64,000 bases of DNA, from assembly GCA_026710085.1 (NCBI GenBank), contig JAPORT010000050.1, forward strand, positions 3,227-67,226, in the 5' to 3' direction. This stretch comes from Flavobacteriaceae bacterium. GTDB lineage: Bacteria; Bacteroidota; Bacteroidia; Flavobacteriales; Flavobacteriaceae. The notes below the pieces were generated by a model. That model was not told the origin of the DNA, searched no databases, and saw only the letters and a list, made by a program, of their open reading frames with translations. This document shows, piece by piece, positions 32,659 to 40,263 of this stretch; position 1 is the first letter of the stretch, and each line of letters begins with the position of its first letter. The position numbers and the translations under genes were made by a program.

Positions 32659-32944
32659 TCGGGAAACAGAAACAATAAAAGAATGCCGCCAAAAAATGTC
32701 AGCCTCTATGGTTGGAGCACGATCTGGAATGACTCCTGCGTTTTTTAAGATGATTTTCCAAACCCCAATTTTCGTATGGTACTCCGTTGTTGACTCTAAT
32801 TGTTCCGATTGAATCGTACTTTTGATATTACTAAAAATCGGCTTGAAATCTTTTTCAAGTAAATTTTCTTTGGATGGTATTTTTATTTTTTGAACCCCTT
32901 TCCATCGATCATAGATGGAATCTTGGAGATATTGATGAATGGAT

Positions 32945-33367
32945 TCAGGGGTTTGAAAGGCTTTTGCCCCCCCCCATTTTTTCAGATTCTCTTAATTTTC
33001 GATGGTTGCTATCGTAATCATAACACGCCCATAGCTGGCCATCCGTGATCATCCCTTTCCAAACAATCGATTGACCTTGATTCCATAATTCATTATTAAA
33101 ATTGGGCACAACGCCATCAAGGTATTTTAATAATTGAGTTTTATTCTCTTCAATGTTCATCTGACCTCGTTTTTTGGTTTCGATGACCACTTTATTTGAA
33201 AATGAAATCATATCACATAACCCTTCTGATGTTGAAAAGTTTTGAGTCCAATCGTCTTCACTATTGAGTTGCCGAAAAATCATCTTTAGAAGGGTTTCAA
33301 GATTTCTTTCAGCACTATCAAGTTGAATTAATTCTTGATAGAGGTTTTCTTGTTCTTGATTCATCAA
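32945..33367 (-). CDS. PD-(D/E)xK endonuclease module of the Type IIG enzyme (truncated 10 codons after the G9 tract)
   Basis: CDMISFSNKVVIETKKRGQ...QLLKYL has the same D-x(10-11)-ExK-x-RG...Q..Y layout as MmeI-family nuclease domains. It reads into the methylase frame if the tract is G8 or G11. Confidence 0.65.
   Translation of the reverse strand: MMNQEQENLYQELIQLDSAERNLETLLKMIFRQLNSEDDWTQNFSTSEGLCDMISFSNKVVIETKKRGQMNIEENKTQLLKYLDGVVPNFNNELWNQGQSIVWKGMITDGQLWACYDYDSNHRKLRESEKMGGGKSLSNP
32967..32975. repeat. homopolymer C9 (G9 on the coding strand) at the nuclease/methylase junction
   Basis: Counted directly (cttttgCCCC CCCCCatttt). Tract length sets the reading frame between ORF 32945-33367 and the methylase frame. 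Confidence 0.95.
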
Positions 33368-33521
33368 ATATTTTTTTTAAAAAGCCATATTCTTGTTTAG
33401 TCACCAACATTCTTCTAGAAAATTTTTGTGTCAAAAGTATCATATCCTATTTGTTTTTTTGACTTGCAAAACGTTTCCTTTCGGGGGATCATGTTGAAAT
33501 TCATTTGATTCGTTTATGGAT

Positions 33522-34406
33522 TTATTCATTGTAAGGATCATACCCTTTGATGCTTTTATATCTCTTTTGGATTGTATCTAAGTGAGCTCCTTTTTTGGTG
33601 TCTTTCATACGCATTTCTCTTATAACGTATTTGAAATAAGAAATAGCATGATTAAACATATAATTGATAAAAGGTTCCATACTCTTATCATGCCATGAAC
33701 ATCTCAATGAGTATTTATAGAGTTCTGCATTATTTTCTAATATAGTTGTCAGTGGTTGTTTATGATAACCTTGTACATAGTTCATTAATAATCGACTGAT
33801 TCGGCTATTGCCGTCACCAAAAGGATGAATAGTTATTATGTCATAGTGCATTTTAAAACTTAATTCATAGATATCTAATACGTCTTTTACTTACCGACAT
33901 TTAGCATTATTTTCGACAAGTATTTTAGATAATTGAGATATCACTTCAGAATAGTGAATGAATTCATGTTTCGCATTTTTATTGAACTCCCATTCAACTT
34001 GGTAATCTCTTATTTTTCCCGAAGATCTATTGACGACCCGTCCACTTTCTATCATTCCAAGATTATTTATTTTATTCAATAATATTTTATTGACTTCTTC
34101 AATCATTGGTATTTCTATCGAGGTTTTAAATCGACAAAAATTGATCACCTTGTACAATGCATTGATATGGTTTTTTACCATTTGATCGTGCTCTACTGGT
34201 TTTCCAGAAGGTTTTCCATACTTCTGTAGTAAAGCCACTTCTTTTCTAGTCAGAGTACTTCCTTCAATTTTGGTGCTCTGCTCGGTAAGCAAAGCAACTA
34301 AGTCTTCTTGAATAAAAGAAGAATTAGAAATCAATTTTTTATAATTATTTACTTGGTTTAAGAATTCTTTTTTATCAAACGATTCTAAATTGTCCAAATT
34401 CATCAA
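33522..34406 (-). pseudogene. Fic-domain protein (class II, internal inhibitory SxxxEG helix) interrupted by one in-frame TAA
   Basis: ORFs 33891-34406 and 33522-33851 are in the same frame, separated only by TAA (33891-33893) plus 13 sense codons: ...ENNAKCR*VKDVLDIYELSFKMHYDIITIHPFGDGNSRISRLLMNYV. The Fic motif is HPFGDGNSR (G to S at the penultimate position). The inhibitory motif STKIEG is in the N-terminal part. Confidence 0.75.
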
Positions 34407-34729
34407 GCCATCAGTTTGTGTGAATTTTTGAATTCGGATTTATAATAATCAATGAAGAATTTGTCAACAATCTCTCTTAATGCACGAATGTGTCTCACAT
34501 CCAATCTTTCTCCTTTTTCATTTGATTCTTCTAAATCGTTTATAAAACCAATAAAATTCAACCAATTCAAACAATCTCGTTGCTGATGATGATCAAAATC
34601 AAATTCAACATTATCGTATGGATTGCCATTTTTATTAATAAAACTCCTGACGTAACTAACTAATTCTTTTTGCTCTTGTAGGGTGGCTTTTGTTATCGAA
34701 GAGTTTTCTGATTTCACTGCTTTATTCAA
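34403..34729 (-). CDS. hypothetical protein, 108 aa, overlaps the Fic start by 4 nt
   Basis: ORF only (TTG start). The overlap (ATGA) suggests co-translation with Fic. No family recognised and no SxxxE(G/N) antitoxin motif. Confidence 0.4.
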   Translation of the reverse strand: MNKAVKSENSSITKATLQEQKELVSYVRSFINKNGNPYDNVEFDFDHHQQRDCLNWLNFIGFINDLEESNEKGERLDVRHIRALREIVDKFFIDYYKSEFKNSHKLMA

Positions 34730-34892
34730 TTTATTTAGGCTTGATATTGCCTATGACAGAACCTTGAGCTACTTTGCAAAAAATAATCTTAAGAAATCTC
34801 TGAATAACGCAAAATTAAAAAAATGAGGTACTACGAGGAAGTTATCTTTTCTTTTCAGCCAATGAATCCACCATTCCATGTTGCTTTCCTCC

Positions 34893-34900
34893 AATTTTAG
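34893..34900. repeat. flanking direct repeat AATTTTAG (putative target-site duplication)
   Basis: Identical 8-mer abuts the other end at 36223-36230. Confidence 0.8.
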
Positions 34901-34923
34901 GGGAATTATATACTTTCATAACC
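34901..34923. repeat. TIR (GGGAATTATATACTTTCATAACC)
   Basis: Reverse complement of 36200-36222 apart from one position. Confidence 0.9.
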
Positions 34924-36174
34924 ATTATTTATTGAATGATTATTCCAGTCCGATTGACACTTCAATGTATTCAGCCCTTCATATCCATGACTGGATATAA
35001 TGGGTCTTACAAACACTCCATGTCCGTTTTTTAGCATGGTCCCCTTCCCCGAGGCCCATATATTTCGTGCTGCATTCACATCCGCGTTCTCCGTATGACC
35101 ACATTGCTGACAAACAAATTGCGATTGTGATAAACGATTATGCTTTGATACATACCCACAACAAGAACATGTTTGAGATGTATAGGCAGGATTGATTTTA
35201 TGAACCATTCCTCTCGCCGATAAATGCTGTTCCAATTGATACCATCCCGTGCCTAATATGGCGCGATTTAAACCTGATTTTGATTTTACATTTTTACCAG
35301 GTTGGTCGATCGTCCCACGAGCAGACGCCGTCATGCCTTTGGTTCTCAGGTCTTCCATGACGATGGAACTACTCTTAGTGGTGATTTGGTTTGCGATATG
35401 TATTAAATCGTTTTTTCTGATATTTTTTATTTTTTCATGGTGTCGATTGATCGTTAATTGTGTTTTGTAGGACCGACGACTCCCCTTTTTCTGTCGAGCT
35501 TTCTTTCGTTGCCAATATTGGATTCGTTTTTGAATCGAATCCGTATTGGTTAAATGATATAACTGCCCTTGATGATCCGCTACTTGTCTGACATTCCGAT
35601 CAATACCAATCCCTAACCCATCCTCTTTTTGTTCCATCGCATCCACTTGATAACATACCGTTAAGTACCATTTCCCCGTGGTGGATTGTATGATACGAGC
35701 ACATTTGGGAATAGGATTTTGATAACGATTTAATTGCTTATGATAATGAATCAATTTAATATCATGTCCTTTCTTCATTCTAAAATAAACGCCATCTTCT
35801 TTTGTTTTGAATCGATCATTCATTTCAATCGGTATGGATGGTCGGTTTCGATGTTTGCTCTTAAATCGTGGACGCCCTCGTTTTTTAGTCACGAAAGCAC
35901 GATAAGCATCAGACACATCTTTTAATATCACGCGTGTTATTGATCTTGGATAATTTTTCAACCAAGGAGCGGTTTGATTTTTATAGATAACATACCATCG
36001 ACATAATGAAAAAAAACTAAAATCTGATTTTTTAGTGGTTTGATATTGTTTGTCAATCATTTCTAACGCCGCATTCCATAAATGACGATTCGCCCCCGAT
36101 ATTTGATGTAGTAAACGATAATTCGATGGCGAAGTCCGAATCCGATAACGTATTTGAATGTAAGTTTTCTTCAC
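34906..36174 (-). CDS. tnpB: TnpB (IS200/IS605-family OrfB, RNA-guided RuvC nuclease)
   Basis: Split RuvC residues GIGIDRN (D), IVMEDL (E), NADVNAARNI (D) and zinc ribbon CSCCG...CQQCG. GTG start. The stop codon lies inside the terminal repeat. Confidence 0.85.
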   Translation of the reverse strand: MKKTYIQIRYRIRTSPSNYRLLHQISGANRHLWNAALEMIDKQYQTTKKSDFSFFSLCRWYVIYKNQTAPWLKNYPRSITRVILKDVSDAYRAFVTKKRGRPRFKSKHRNRPSIPIEMNDRFKTKEDGVYFRMKKGHDIKLIHYHKQLNRYQNPIPKCARIIQSTTGKWYLTVCYQVDAMEQKEDGLGIGIDRNVRQVADHQGQLYHLTNTDSIQKRIQYWQRKKARQKKGSRRSYKTQLTINRHHEKIKNIRKNDLIHIANQITTKSSSIVMEDLRTKGMTASARGTIDQPGKNVKSKSGLNRAILGTGWYQLEQHLSARGMVHKINPAYTSQTCSCCGYVSKHNRLSQSQFVCQQCGHTENADVNAARNIWASGKGTMLKNGHGVFVRPIISSHGYEGLNTLKCQSDWNNHSINNGYESI

Positions 36175-36199
36175 TACTCTATAAAGATACGACTTTTTT

Positions 36200-36222
36200 G
36201 GTTATGAATGTATATAATTCCC
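36200..36222. repeat. TIR (GGTTATGAATGTATATAATTCCC)
   Basis: Reverse complement of 34901-34923 apart from one position. Confidence 0.9.
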
Positions 36223-36230
36223 AATTTTAG
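36223..36230. repeat. flanking direct repeat AATTTTAG (putative target-site duplication)
   Basis: Identical 8-mer abuts the other end at 34893-34900. Confidence 0.8.
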
Positions 36231-36396
36231 CCTATTCGGCTCCATATTCAGTCCTTTTTGAACCGAATATGGGTTTCAAGGCCTCTTTTTCCTTAATTCC
36301 TCTTTTGAGAGTTACCATATAAGCTACCATACCTAGTGATTTCTTTGGGACTTATGTATTTAATTTGAATATTGTTATCGTGTTTAGGTTCCTAGA

Positions 36397-36418
36397 CCCA
36401 CTTCGGTGGGATTTTTTT
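36397..36418 (+). terminator. intrinsic-terminator-like hairpin CCCAC-TTCG-GTGGG followed by A + T7
   Basis: Seen directly: GC-rich 5-bp stem, UUCG tetraloop, T-run. No + strand gene lies upstream of it. Confidence 0.4.
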
Positions 36419-36431
36419 GTATCTCCGTCGT

Positions 36432-36668
36432 ATGATTACTGAAAAACAAAAACAATTTGTCATCGAACAAATGAAGCCTTTTGATCCCATTGAAATCAGG
36501 GTTTTTGAAAACACACCAACATCAGTTGGCTTTTTCTACCATTTCAAAAAACCTTGTGGTCTTGATTTTGTGGATATTTGGGATGCCATCGAAGACAAGT
36601 TTCAAAAACAAGCTCGATTTGTCCGAATTCCTGATATAGCCATCACACACCCTTATGATCAAGAATGA
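36432..36668 (+). CDS. hypothetical protein, possibly a degenerate MNT-type nucleotidyltransferase antitoxin
   Basis: The suggestion rests only on position directly upstream of a possible HepT/DUF86-like relic and on its small size. The canonical GS...D.D motif is not recognisable. Confidence 0.3.
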   Translation: MITEKQKQFVIEQMKPFDPIEIRVFENTPTSVGFFYHFKKPCGLDFVDIWDAIEDKFQKQARFVRIPDIAITHPYDQE

Positions 36669-36699
36669 ATATTAAAAAATAAAGAACTCTTTTATTCCA

Positions 36700-37017
36700 A
36701 TGAATCCATTAAAAAAACATCTGAACATATTGGATATCATCATCGATGAACTCGATCACGTTTTTCAAGATTTTAATCTTTCTTTGACTTGGGAAATATT
36801 TACAAAAACTCGCTAACTCCAACGTTCTTCGATGGCATCCATGATTCTTATAGATAATGCTTTTAAAGATATTGAACCTTTTTTCAGGAAAGGATATTAT
36901 ACGGCTTATTGGCGTCAACATATTCGATTAAGCGATAACGTAGCTCACTTATATCATGGACTTGATATTGGAACTCTTTGGGATACAGTTCAAAGAGACG
37001 ATCTTTTATTGCAATAA
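36700..37017 (+). pseudogene. possible HepT/DUF86-like toxin relic with an in-frame TAA
   Basis: My translation: MNPLKKHLNILDIIIDELDHVFQDFNLSLTWEIFTKTR*LQRSSMASMILIDNAFKDIEPFF...YWRQHIRLSDNVAHLYHGLDIGTLWDTVQ. The stop is at 36814-36816. The DUF86-like C-terminus has the RNxxxHxY positions altered to SDxxxHxY. Confidence 0.45.
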
Positions 37018-37535
37018 CAATGAATCGCTTTGAAAAAAGAATTAACGCAACAAAGTAAAACAACCAAAGGAACACAACAAACACCTAACGATTCTTCTGT
37101 TCAACGATGAGTCAGAACTTCTCCATCAGTCCAGCTCAAACTTTGTTTGATGGATCGCATTATTTTTGGAATATCGATATTCATCAATTGGATTGATTCT
37201 AACGAATCCAAAAAGAGAAAACTCTTATTCAAGATAAATACACAAGTCCCTTTTATTTCATAATGCTTTGCCTTATTCAATGGCACTAACAGTAAAATCA
37301 AATACCACACATAAAAGAACTCAAAATTAGTATAACTAGATGGTAGATAAGGCTTGACGCATCATCTGTTGTTATCCATAACTTGTATTATACCATTGCC
37401 ATAAAGCCCTTTGGTGGGATGAATAAAAAGTTAAGATTAGAATGATGGTGGAAAGAAGGATGAGAAATGAAAAAAAAGAAATTGTAATCTTTAATCCATC
37501 CTTTTAGGAGGATTTCTAGCACTACCTTGACTTGA

Positions 37536-38720
37536 TTATAACAAATCAAACATCCGTTGTATTCTCACACTTGGTTTATGACCAATCATCTTTAAATAGT
37601 TTTGATATTCTTGCAACATCCAAGTTCTTAAAGATGGAATCGGGATTTGATAAAATCCATCAGGACGCATCTGCAAAACACCCCAGGAAACCAAGTCTTG
37701 AAACATCTGTTTCGGATCGCCAACAGTAGGGTTATTTTTAAAATCTGATTTCACTTGAGTTCCTATCACTATGTTTTCATGCTGTTCATTTTCAAATAGA
37801 GCATGATAAATGGACGCTCTTTCTTGTGCTTCCAACTCAGCAAAACGTTCATGATAATAAGTCTTTTTTTTACGACGAGATTCCTTTAATACTTCCGATA
37901 ATAAATCTTCTGACAATTGCCCACCTTCTTCTTTTATTTTTTCCAATGCCACTTGTCCATAGCACGAAACATGATGAGCCCACTGATGTGTTTCTTTTGA
38001 CATTTGATTCACCCAATGATTAAGATTCGAATCAGTAACAGCAACTCTAGCCCCTTCCACCAAATAATCTTTCAAAATATTATTTTCTGCTTCTTTGTCT
38101 AGTATGCTTAAATTAATGACATAATCATCATTGAATCTTGATATTTCAAAATCTTTAAATATTTTTCGGGTATGACTTAATCCAGTAATTAAAAAAACCA
38201 ATCCATGTTTTAATTCAAGATTATGAATTTCATCGAATAAGTTGGCTATTTTTTTTGTTTCAAGACTATCCTTGGTGATGCCAATACGAATCATTTGTGC
38301 TTCATCTAAAGACAGTATAATGGGTTTATCAACAGCCTTAACCATTTTTGAAATGCTAGGTTCAGTTCTATCATACCGCATCTTTTTCCTGAGCACTTTA
38401 AAATTTATTTGAACCTCTTTTGATGTTTTATCATAATTCTTTTCACCAATTAAAGCATTTTGTAATCTGCTGACATTTAATAAAGCATTCAATTCTAATT
38501 TCACGACATGGCAACCTCTTTTTTTCATTTGTTTCCCAAACTCATTTAAAAGAGCTGATTTACCAACACCTGGTGCTCCTTGTATTAAGATCGAGTGACT
38601 TTTTTGATTTTTTTTAGATAATGCTAAAATTTTATTGAAAAAGTTAATTTCTTGTTCTCTCCCATGAAAATAATGTGCTGCTCCACGATCCGTAACCGCC
38701 ACTCTTTTATGAGAACTCAT
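37536..38720 (-). CDS. P-loop NTPase (AAA+/archaeal-ATPase-like), paralog 1
   Basis: AHYFHGREQEI, Walker A QGAPGVGKSALL, Walker B ILSLDEAQ, C-terminal DGFYQIPIPSLRTWMLQEY. ATG 38720 (MSSHKRVAVTDRG) preferred to the TTG track start at 38768. Confidence 0.7.
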   Translation of the reverse strand: MSSHKRVAVTDRGAAHYFHGREQEINFFNKILALSKKNQKSHSILIQGAPGVGKSALLNEFGKQMKKRGCHVVKLELNALLNVSRLQNALIGEKNYDKTSKEVQINFKVLRKKMRYDRTEPSISKMVKAVDKPIILSLDEAQMIRIGITKDSLETKKIANLFDEIHNLELKHGLVFLITGLSHTRKIFKDFEISRFNDDYVINLSILDKEAENNILKDYLVEGARVAVTDSNLNHWVNQMSKETHQWAHHVSCYGQVALEKIKEEGGQLSEDLLSEVLKESRRKKKTYYHERFAELEAQERASIYHALFENEQHENIVIGTQVKSDFKNNPTVGDPKQMFQDLVSWGVLQMRPDGFYQIPIPSLRTWMLQEYQNYLKMIGHKPSVRIQRMFDLL

Positions 38721-38774
38721 ACACACGAAATTAACAGATTTCGCTAATCCGTGCCGTATCGCTAACAAAAAATG

Positions 38775-38805
38775 CCTTGAAAAGGAAATTATATCCTTTC
38801 GTAAC
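38775..38805. repeat. inverted-repeat arm B (CCTTGAAAAGGAAATTATATCCTTTCGTAAC)
   Basis: Its reverse complement aligns with 40264-40296: GTTACGAAA(A)GGATATA..TTCC..TTTT.AAGG, roughly 28 of 33 positions by eye. Confidence 0.65.
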
Positions 38806-38870
38806 TAGTAGTTATATTAATTAAACTTATGATATGGCGATTCGAATGGGATCGGGTAGCGTGTCCAATT

Positions 38871-39344
38871 TTATCCAAAACCTCCTCGATTCGCAAAGTT
38901 CGCAAATTCACCCTGATTAAAAACCTGTTCTAGTCGATTTTTGCCTGATTGATCCAGCAACCATTGTCGCGCTCCATCTGAATACCCACCACCATCAAGA
39001 AGAATCATCGTATTGTATTGACTTTGATTGATGCACAAAACTTCATACGGATATTTTTCTTCAACACTTCCGCCAGAAGCTTGCCACTTGCATTGAATAG
39101 CCAAACAGCTTGGATATTGTTTTGGGTGATAAAGAATTAAATCGACCAATCGTCTTTTGTCGTAAATACTCTTACCTGTCTCAAACTGCCTCGAATAAAT
39201 GGGTTGATTCTTTTCACGCATTGGTAAAAATCGATGCGGTTCGGTATATCGGTAACCTCTTTCCTCCAATATTTCAGAAGCAAACCGTTCTAGTCTTTTT
39301 CCAGACGTATTAGCACGTGTACCACCGCTTTTTCGTCGTGACAT
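38871..39344 (-). CDS. small PD-(D/E)xK-type nuclease, putative restriction endonuclease partner of the Dam-like methylase
   Basis: GKRLERFASEILEERGY ... VDLILYHP...LAIQCKW fits a D...(E/Q)xK core. Its ATG overlaps the methylase stop by 1 nt (TAATG), implying translational coupling. Confidence 0.5.
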   Translation of the reverse strand: MSRRKSGGTRANTSGKRLERFASEILEERGYRYTEPHRFLPMREKNQPIYSRQFETGKSIYDKRRLVDLILYHPKQYPSCLAIQCKWQASGGSVEEKYPYEVLCINQSQYNTMILLDGGGYSDGARQWLLDQSGKNRLEQVFNQGEFANFANRGGFG

Positions 39345-40164
39345 TATTTCTTACTAGTGATCAAAAGCTCCGTCACTTGTTGACGTTTGGAGGCTTTACA
39401 ATTGATATTTCTAGAGGCTTGAATTTGATTGATCTGATAGCCTTTCCACGTTTTCCTTATAAAATCGGTATCACTGTTTGATACAATAATGCGAGCTCCT
39501 GCCTCGGCCCAAGAATCGCACATTTCCCTTAATTTGACTTGGCTATCTCTATTAAAACCTGAATTTGTATACTGATCGTATGTTTCATCGTAAGGTGGAT
39601 CGCAATACACTAAGTCATGATGACCTGGCCTGATATGCTCAAATGATTGAACTTTCAAATCAACAGATTCTAACACTTCTGAAACTTTCATTAAATTCAT
39701 TGTATCATAAATCTTAGGATTCTTGTATTTTCCTATTGGAACATTAAACCGACCAACTTGATTGACTCTATAAAGCCCATTATAACACGTTTTGTTTAAA
39801 TAGATAAATTGAGCTGCCAACTTCATAGCATCTTGCCCATGATTATATTGGGAATTATATTCTTCTCTTATGGAATAGTAATGTTCTTTTGAATGCTTTT
39901 TTTGATAGTCAGATAGTTGTTCAATGACCTTTCTTGGTGATTTCTGCAACATTCGATAGGTCAGCATCAAATCAGCATTGACATCGCTTAAAAAAGCCTT
40001 ATGATGTATTCTGCTATTCAGTCCAAAAAAAACGGCACCACCGCCTAGAAAAGGCTCATAATAATCATTAAATGGGGGGGGGCGATAAACCTTTCTATAT
40101 GAGAAATTAACGCTCTTTTTCCGCCAGCCCATTTAAGAAATGGGTATGCTTGTGATGGGTTCAA
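39344..40164 (-). CDS. Dam-family (alpha-class, DPPY) N6-adenine DNA methyltransferase, frame interrupted at a C9 tract
   Basis: From TTG 40164: [30 protein letters not shown]. The frame is then lost. The downstream ORF has [16 protein letters not shown] (motif I) and VYCDPPY (motif IV). Motif X (KWAGGK) and motif I are in different frames with 9 C and in one frame with 10 or 7. Confidence 0.8.
40074..40082. repeat. homopolymer G9 (C9 on the coding strand) inside the 5' end of the Dam-like methylase
   Basis: Counted directly (aatGGGGGGG GGcgat). Confidence 0.95.
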
Positions 40165-40263
40165 TTTAAGGTAAAAAAATCGTCACTAAATTACGTTAAA
40201 AAAAACTGGATGAATCATCAATTATTAGAATATGGCTATCCATTATATCTCAACCACTGAGTG

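Larger units (their letters stand above)
34901..36222 (-). mobile_element. tnpB-only element bounded by 23-bp terminal inverted repeats and an 8-bp direct duplication
   Basis: TIRs 34901-34923 and 36200-36222 (22/23 complementary). AATTTTAG sits immediately outside both ends. The 1322-bp element is almost entirely filled by the tnpB ORF. Confidence 0.8.

Noticed and set aside
21725-37017. Stop-codon reassignment or programmed read-through as an explanation for in-frame stops in the PHP-ATPase, Fic and HepT-like genes.
   Set aside because: All three stop codons (TAG, TAA, TGA) are involved. The same codons terminate all housekeeping genes at the expected positions. The affected genes also show frameshifts and degraded catalytic motifs, so pseudogenisation is simpler.
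36709-37084. Minus-strand ORFs 36709-36921 and 36884-37084.
   Set aside because: They are antisense to the DUF86/HepT-like frame, have no recognisable motifs, and are typical AT-rich chance ORFs.
37101-37310. 69-aa minus-strand ORF between the HepT-like relic and ATPase-1.
   Set aside because: It has no motif, start context or similarity to the neighbouring ATPases. It may be a gene fragment, but I cannot support a call.
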